DNA from: an uncultured Verrucomicrobiae bacterium
GTDB taxonomy: Bacteria > Verrucomicrobiota > Verrucomicrobiia > Palsa-1439
Assembly: GCA_963812605.1 (NCBI GenBank)
Contig: CAWEWF010000002.1
Span: 32,001-96,000 of the forward strand
Length of the DNA stretch: 64,000 bases
Direction: 5' to 3'
The notes below the pieces were generated by a model. It was not told the origin of the DNA and ran no database searches. It saw only the letters and a program-made list of their open reading frames with translations. This document shows, piece by piece, positions 61,361 through 64,000 of this stretch. The position numbers and the translations under genes were made by a program. Each line of letters starts with the position of its first letter. Position 1 is the first letter of the stretch.

Positions 61361-62580
61361 AAGTCCTTCACGTCATTCCCACCTTGTCCCCGCGATACGG
61401 AGGTCCCCGCGAGGCGGTCCTTGAACTGTGCCGCGCCTTGCGGGCCACGGGCATGGAGGTGGAGATTTGTGCCACCGATGCCGACGGCCAAGGGCGATTG
61501 CCGGTTGAATTAGGCAAACGGACGCTCTATGAAGGGGCGCCGTGCTTTTTCTTCCGAAAGGACTGGAGCGACCCTTTCTATTATTCCAAATCCCTCCGGC
61601 ATTGGTTTGATGAGAATGTCCGCCACTACGACCTCGTGCACATTCACGACATATTCGTACATACGACGTGTGCGGGCGCCAGCGCGTGCCGGCGGTGGGG
61701 TGTCCCTTACATCGTGCGGCCCTGTGGGACGCTCGAACCGTGGTGTATGAGCCAGAAACGTCTCCGCAAACTTGTCTTTTGGCGCCTCGGTCTCCGGCGC
61801 ATGGTCCAACAAGCCATTGCCATTCAATACACAACCGATCAGGAACGCGAATTGACGGAAAGCTCACTTGGTCTGCGCAATGGTATCGTGGTCCCCAATG
61901 GCGTGCCGGAAACCCTGTTGCAGCACCAGCGCGGCCATCGGTTCCGAAAGCAAGTTGGGATTCCCGGGGAAAGCCCGTTTCTCCTGGCCCTATCGCGGAT
62001 TCACCCGAAAAAAGGGATCGACCTGCTCTTGAAGGCTTTTGTGGAGTTGCATGGGCGTGGTCAACTCCCAGGATGGCATCTGGTGGTGGCCGGAGACGGC
62101 GAAGCCAACTACGTTCGCAATCTTCACGGACTGGCACGCCGGACCGAAGCAGAACCGTTTGTCCACTTCACCGGGTGGTTGGAAGGAGAGTCGAAGTACG
62201 ACGCACTTTCTGAAGCGACCCTGTTCGTGCTGAGTTCGTATCAAGAGAACTTCGGTATCGCAGTCGCCGAAGCCATGGCCTGTGCCACACCGGTCCTGAT
62301 CAGTCAGCACGTCGGTCTGGCTGCGGAGGTCATTCAGGCGGGTGCGGGCTGGGTCACGAACATCCCGGACGGACTTCAGCAAGGACTGTTGGAGGCGACC
62401 AAGGATCCCACGGAATTGCGAAATCGCGGGCTGGCTGCCCGCGCGTTGATGCGGGATCGATTCACGTGGCGCCAGGTCGCTGAGACCTGGGTTTCACGCT
62501 ATAAAGAACTTGCCGGAGCGAACGCGGATGGCGCCATCGAAGTTGATCAGCCCAAGCCAGTGTCCCGGGTATCTGTCTAA
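61357..62580 (+). CDS. GT4 glycosyltransferase
   Basis: YGGP, LSRIHPKKG, ENFGIAVAEAMA. Confidence 0.9.
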   Translation: MKVLHVIPTLSPRYGGPREAVLELCRALRATGMEVEICATDADGQGRLPVELGKRTLYEGAPCFFFRKDWSDPFYYSKSLRHWFDENVRHYDLVHIHDIFVHTTCAGASACRRWGVPYIVRPCGTLEPWCMSQKRLRKLVFWRLGLRRMVQQAIAIQYTTDQERELTESSLGLRNGIVVPNGVPETLLQHQRGHRFRKQVGIPGESPFLLALSRIHPKKGIDLLLKAFVELHGRGQLPGWHLVVAGDGEANYVRNLHGLARRTEAEPFVHFTGWLEGESKYDALSEATLFVLSSYQENFGIAVAEAMACATPVLISQHVGLAAEVIQAGAGWVTNIPDGLQQGLLEATKDPTELRNRGLAARALMRDRFTWRQVAETWVSRYKELAGANADGAIEVDQPKPVSRVSV

Positions 62581-62589
62581 GTCCTAAAC

Positions 62590-63693
62590 ATGAAGAACCT
62601 TCAACAGATCGCCTATCTCTGTCCGGACCTGCACGAATTCGGTGGAATCGGTACGGTCTCGCGGGTGGCGTTGCGGGCGCTGGAATCGTACAGTGCGGCC
62701 ACGGGTTGCCGCGGTCAGACATGGTCCTATGCCGAACCGACAGCAGACAACCCAATTCCGCAAGTGGCGGGATGGAAGACTACTGGTTATGCGCACCGAC
62801 GCAAGAGCGCAGCGCTCATGTGGGGACTGCGAGCCGGGTTGAACGATGCCCGGCACACCCTCGTCGTGGTAATGCATCTCCACTTGGCGCCGGTGGCCTT
62901 GCCGATGATAAAGCGTGGTGCACGGATGGCGCTGGTTTTGTACGGAAGCGAGGCGTGGACGCCGTTCAGCGGGTTGAAAGCCGCGTGTTTGCGCCGCGCG
63001 GACATCCTGATCGCAATCTCGGCTCACACCGTCCGTGGGTTTAAAGCCGCCAACCCATCGTTTGCGAAGTCGGAAGTAGTCGTCTGTCCATTGGGTGTGC
63101 CGGATGAGGAGCTTGCTTCAGATGGGTTCGTACCCGGAGAGCCATTCGCCCTGATCGTGAGCCGAATTTCTGCAGCGGAACGCCATAAAGGCCATGACCC
63201 TCTTCTGGAGCTGTGGCCCCACGTTTTGAAACGCTTTCCTGCGGCGCGATTGATGATCGTCGGCGATGGCGACGATCGCGTCCGGCTCCAGCAGAAGGCG
63301 CATTCTCTTGGATTGGATGATTCCGTCGTGTTTCTCGGGCGGGTTGATGATGCCACACTCCAGAAAATGTATCGCGCTTGCGCCTTCTTCGTAATGCCGA
63401 GCAGCCGGCTCGAGGGCTTTGGGCTGGTGTTTTTGGAAGCGATGCGCGCCGGCAAGGCTTGCATTGGTGGAGCCGGCGCCGCCGAAGAAGTGATTGTGCA
63501 CAAGGAAACCGGGTTGATCGTGCCGGCCGAAGACCGCGAGCCTCTCTTGGAAGCCGTATGCCATTTGTTTTCGAATCCCGACCTCTGTGCCGCGATGGGT
63601 CGCGCGGGACGGGAGCGATACGCCCGTCATTTCACCGACGAAGCATTCCATGACCGTTTCCTGCAAGCGCTGGGGTTGCGGGCAAAATGCTAG
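62590..63693 (+). CDS. GT4 glycosyltransferase
   Basis: GGI, HKG.D, EGFGLVFLEAM. Confidence 0.9.
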   Translation: MKNLQQIAYLCPDLHEFGGIGTVSRVALRALESYSAATGCRGQTWSYAEPTADNPIPQVAGWKTTGYAHRRKSAALMWGLRAGLNDARHTLVVVMHLHLAPVALPMIKRGARMALVLYGSEAWTPFSGLKAACLRRADILIAISAHTVRGFKAANPSFAKSEVVVCPLGVPDEELASDGFVPGEPFALIVSRISAAERHKGHDPLLELWPHVLKRFPAARLMIVGDGDDRVRLQQKAHSLGLDDSVVFLGRVDDATLQKMYRACAFFVMPSSRLEGFGLVFLEAMRAGKACIGGAGAAEEVIVHKETGLIVPAEDREPLLEAVCHLFSNPDLCAAMGRAGRERYARHFTDEAFHDRFLQALGLRAKC

Positions 63694-63720
63694 GACAGAA
63701 ATCAACTTGGTAATGTCCTG

Positions 63721-64000
63721 ATGGTGGCGTCAATAATTTCACGAGCGGAAGTGAAATACCCCGAAGGCGATGAGTTTTTCTCGCCTGCCGAACGTTTTCC
63801 GGAATACCGATTCCAGCATCTCGCGCAACGTCCGAATCCGGTATATGGAATGGTGCGGGAGTTGTTCGTGCAAGCGGGGCTGGACCGGCAGCGATTGGGA
63901 ACACCGGACTGGAATCCCTTGGGCGAGTATATCCCGCGGGGCAGTTCGGTCTTTGTCCTGTGCAACTTCGTTTACCATCGCCGTTTCCAGGATTCGTCGG
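63721..64000 (+). CDS. Partial CDS, DUF362-like N-terminus, runs off window
   Basis: Manual translation MVASIISRAEVKYP...FPEY...NPVYGMVRELF..AGLD....GTPDWNPLGEYI; frame open to the end. Confidence 0.6.
   Translation, partial: MVASIISRAEVKYPEGDEFFSPAERFPEYRFQHLAQRPNPVYGMVRELFVQAGLDRQRLGTPDWNPLGEYIPRGSSVFVLCNFVYHRRFQDSS

Overview
GC-rich bacterial DNA; the style of the secreted protein suggests the PVC superphylum, probably Verrucomicrobia (inference). There are three zones. (1) 1-14612 is the right arm of an integrated mobile element. It carries a MOBF/TrwC relaxase-helicase, a NarL-type response regulator, an XRE regulator, a ~6.8 kb multi-domain secreted protein gene, two excisionase-like HTH genes and three copies of an att-like repeat that bracket a GAF-domain gene. 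It also carries a tRNA-shaped element and short repeats. It ends exactly at the anticodon loop of a host tRNA-Lys(UUU), of which only the promoter and 5' half (14613-14650, minus strand) are in the window. (2) 14651-24000 looks like core genome: Zn alcohol dehydrogenase, a basic DUF6496-like protein, PstS, an nfeD-nfeD-floA operon, a type IV pilin and MTA phosphorylase, with REP-like palindromes between genes. (3) 24150-64000 is a >40 kb co-oriented surface-polysaccharide locus. It has an outer-membrane barrel, Wza, Wzc, a NusG/RfaH paralog, two Wzm/Wzt ABC exporters, TagF-like and TarI/IspD-like genes, a CDP-sugar/C-methyltransferase cassette, a Wzy-like protein and about 14 glycosyltransferases. 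Many genes are broken by single-base frameshifts, most likely long-read indels, concentrated in zone 1. All product calls come from motif recognition by eye; no searches were run.
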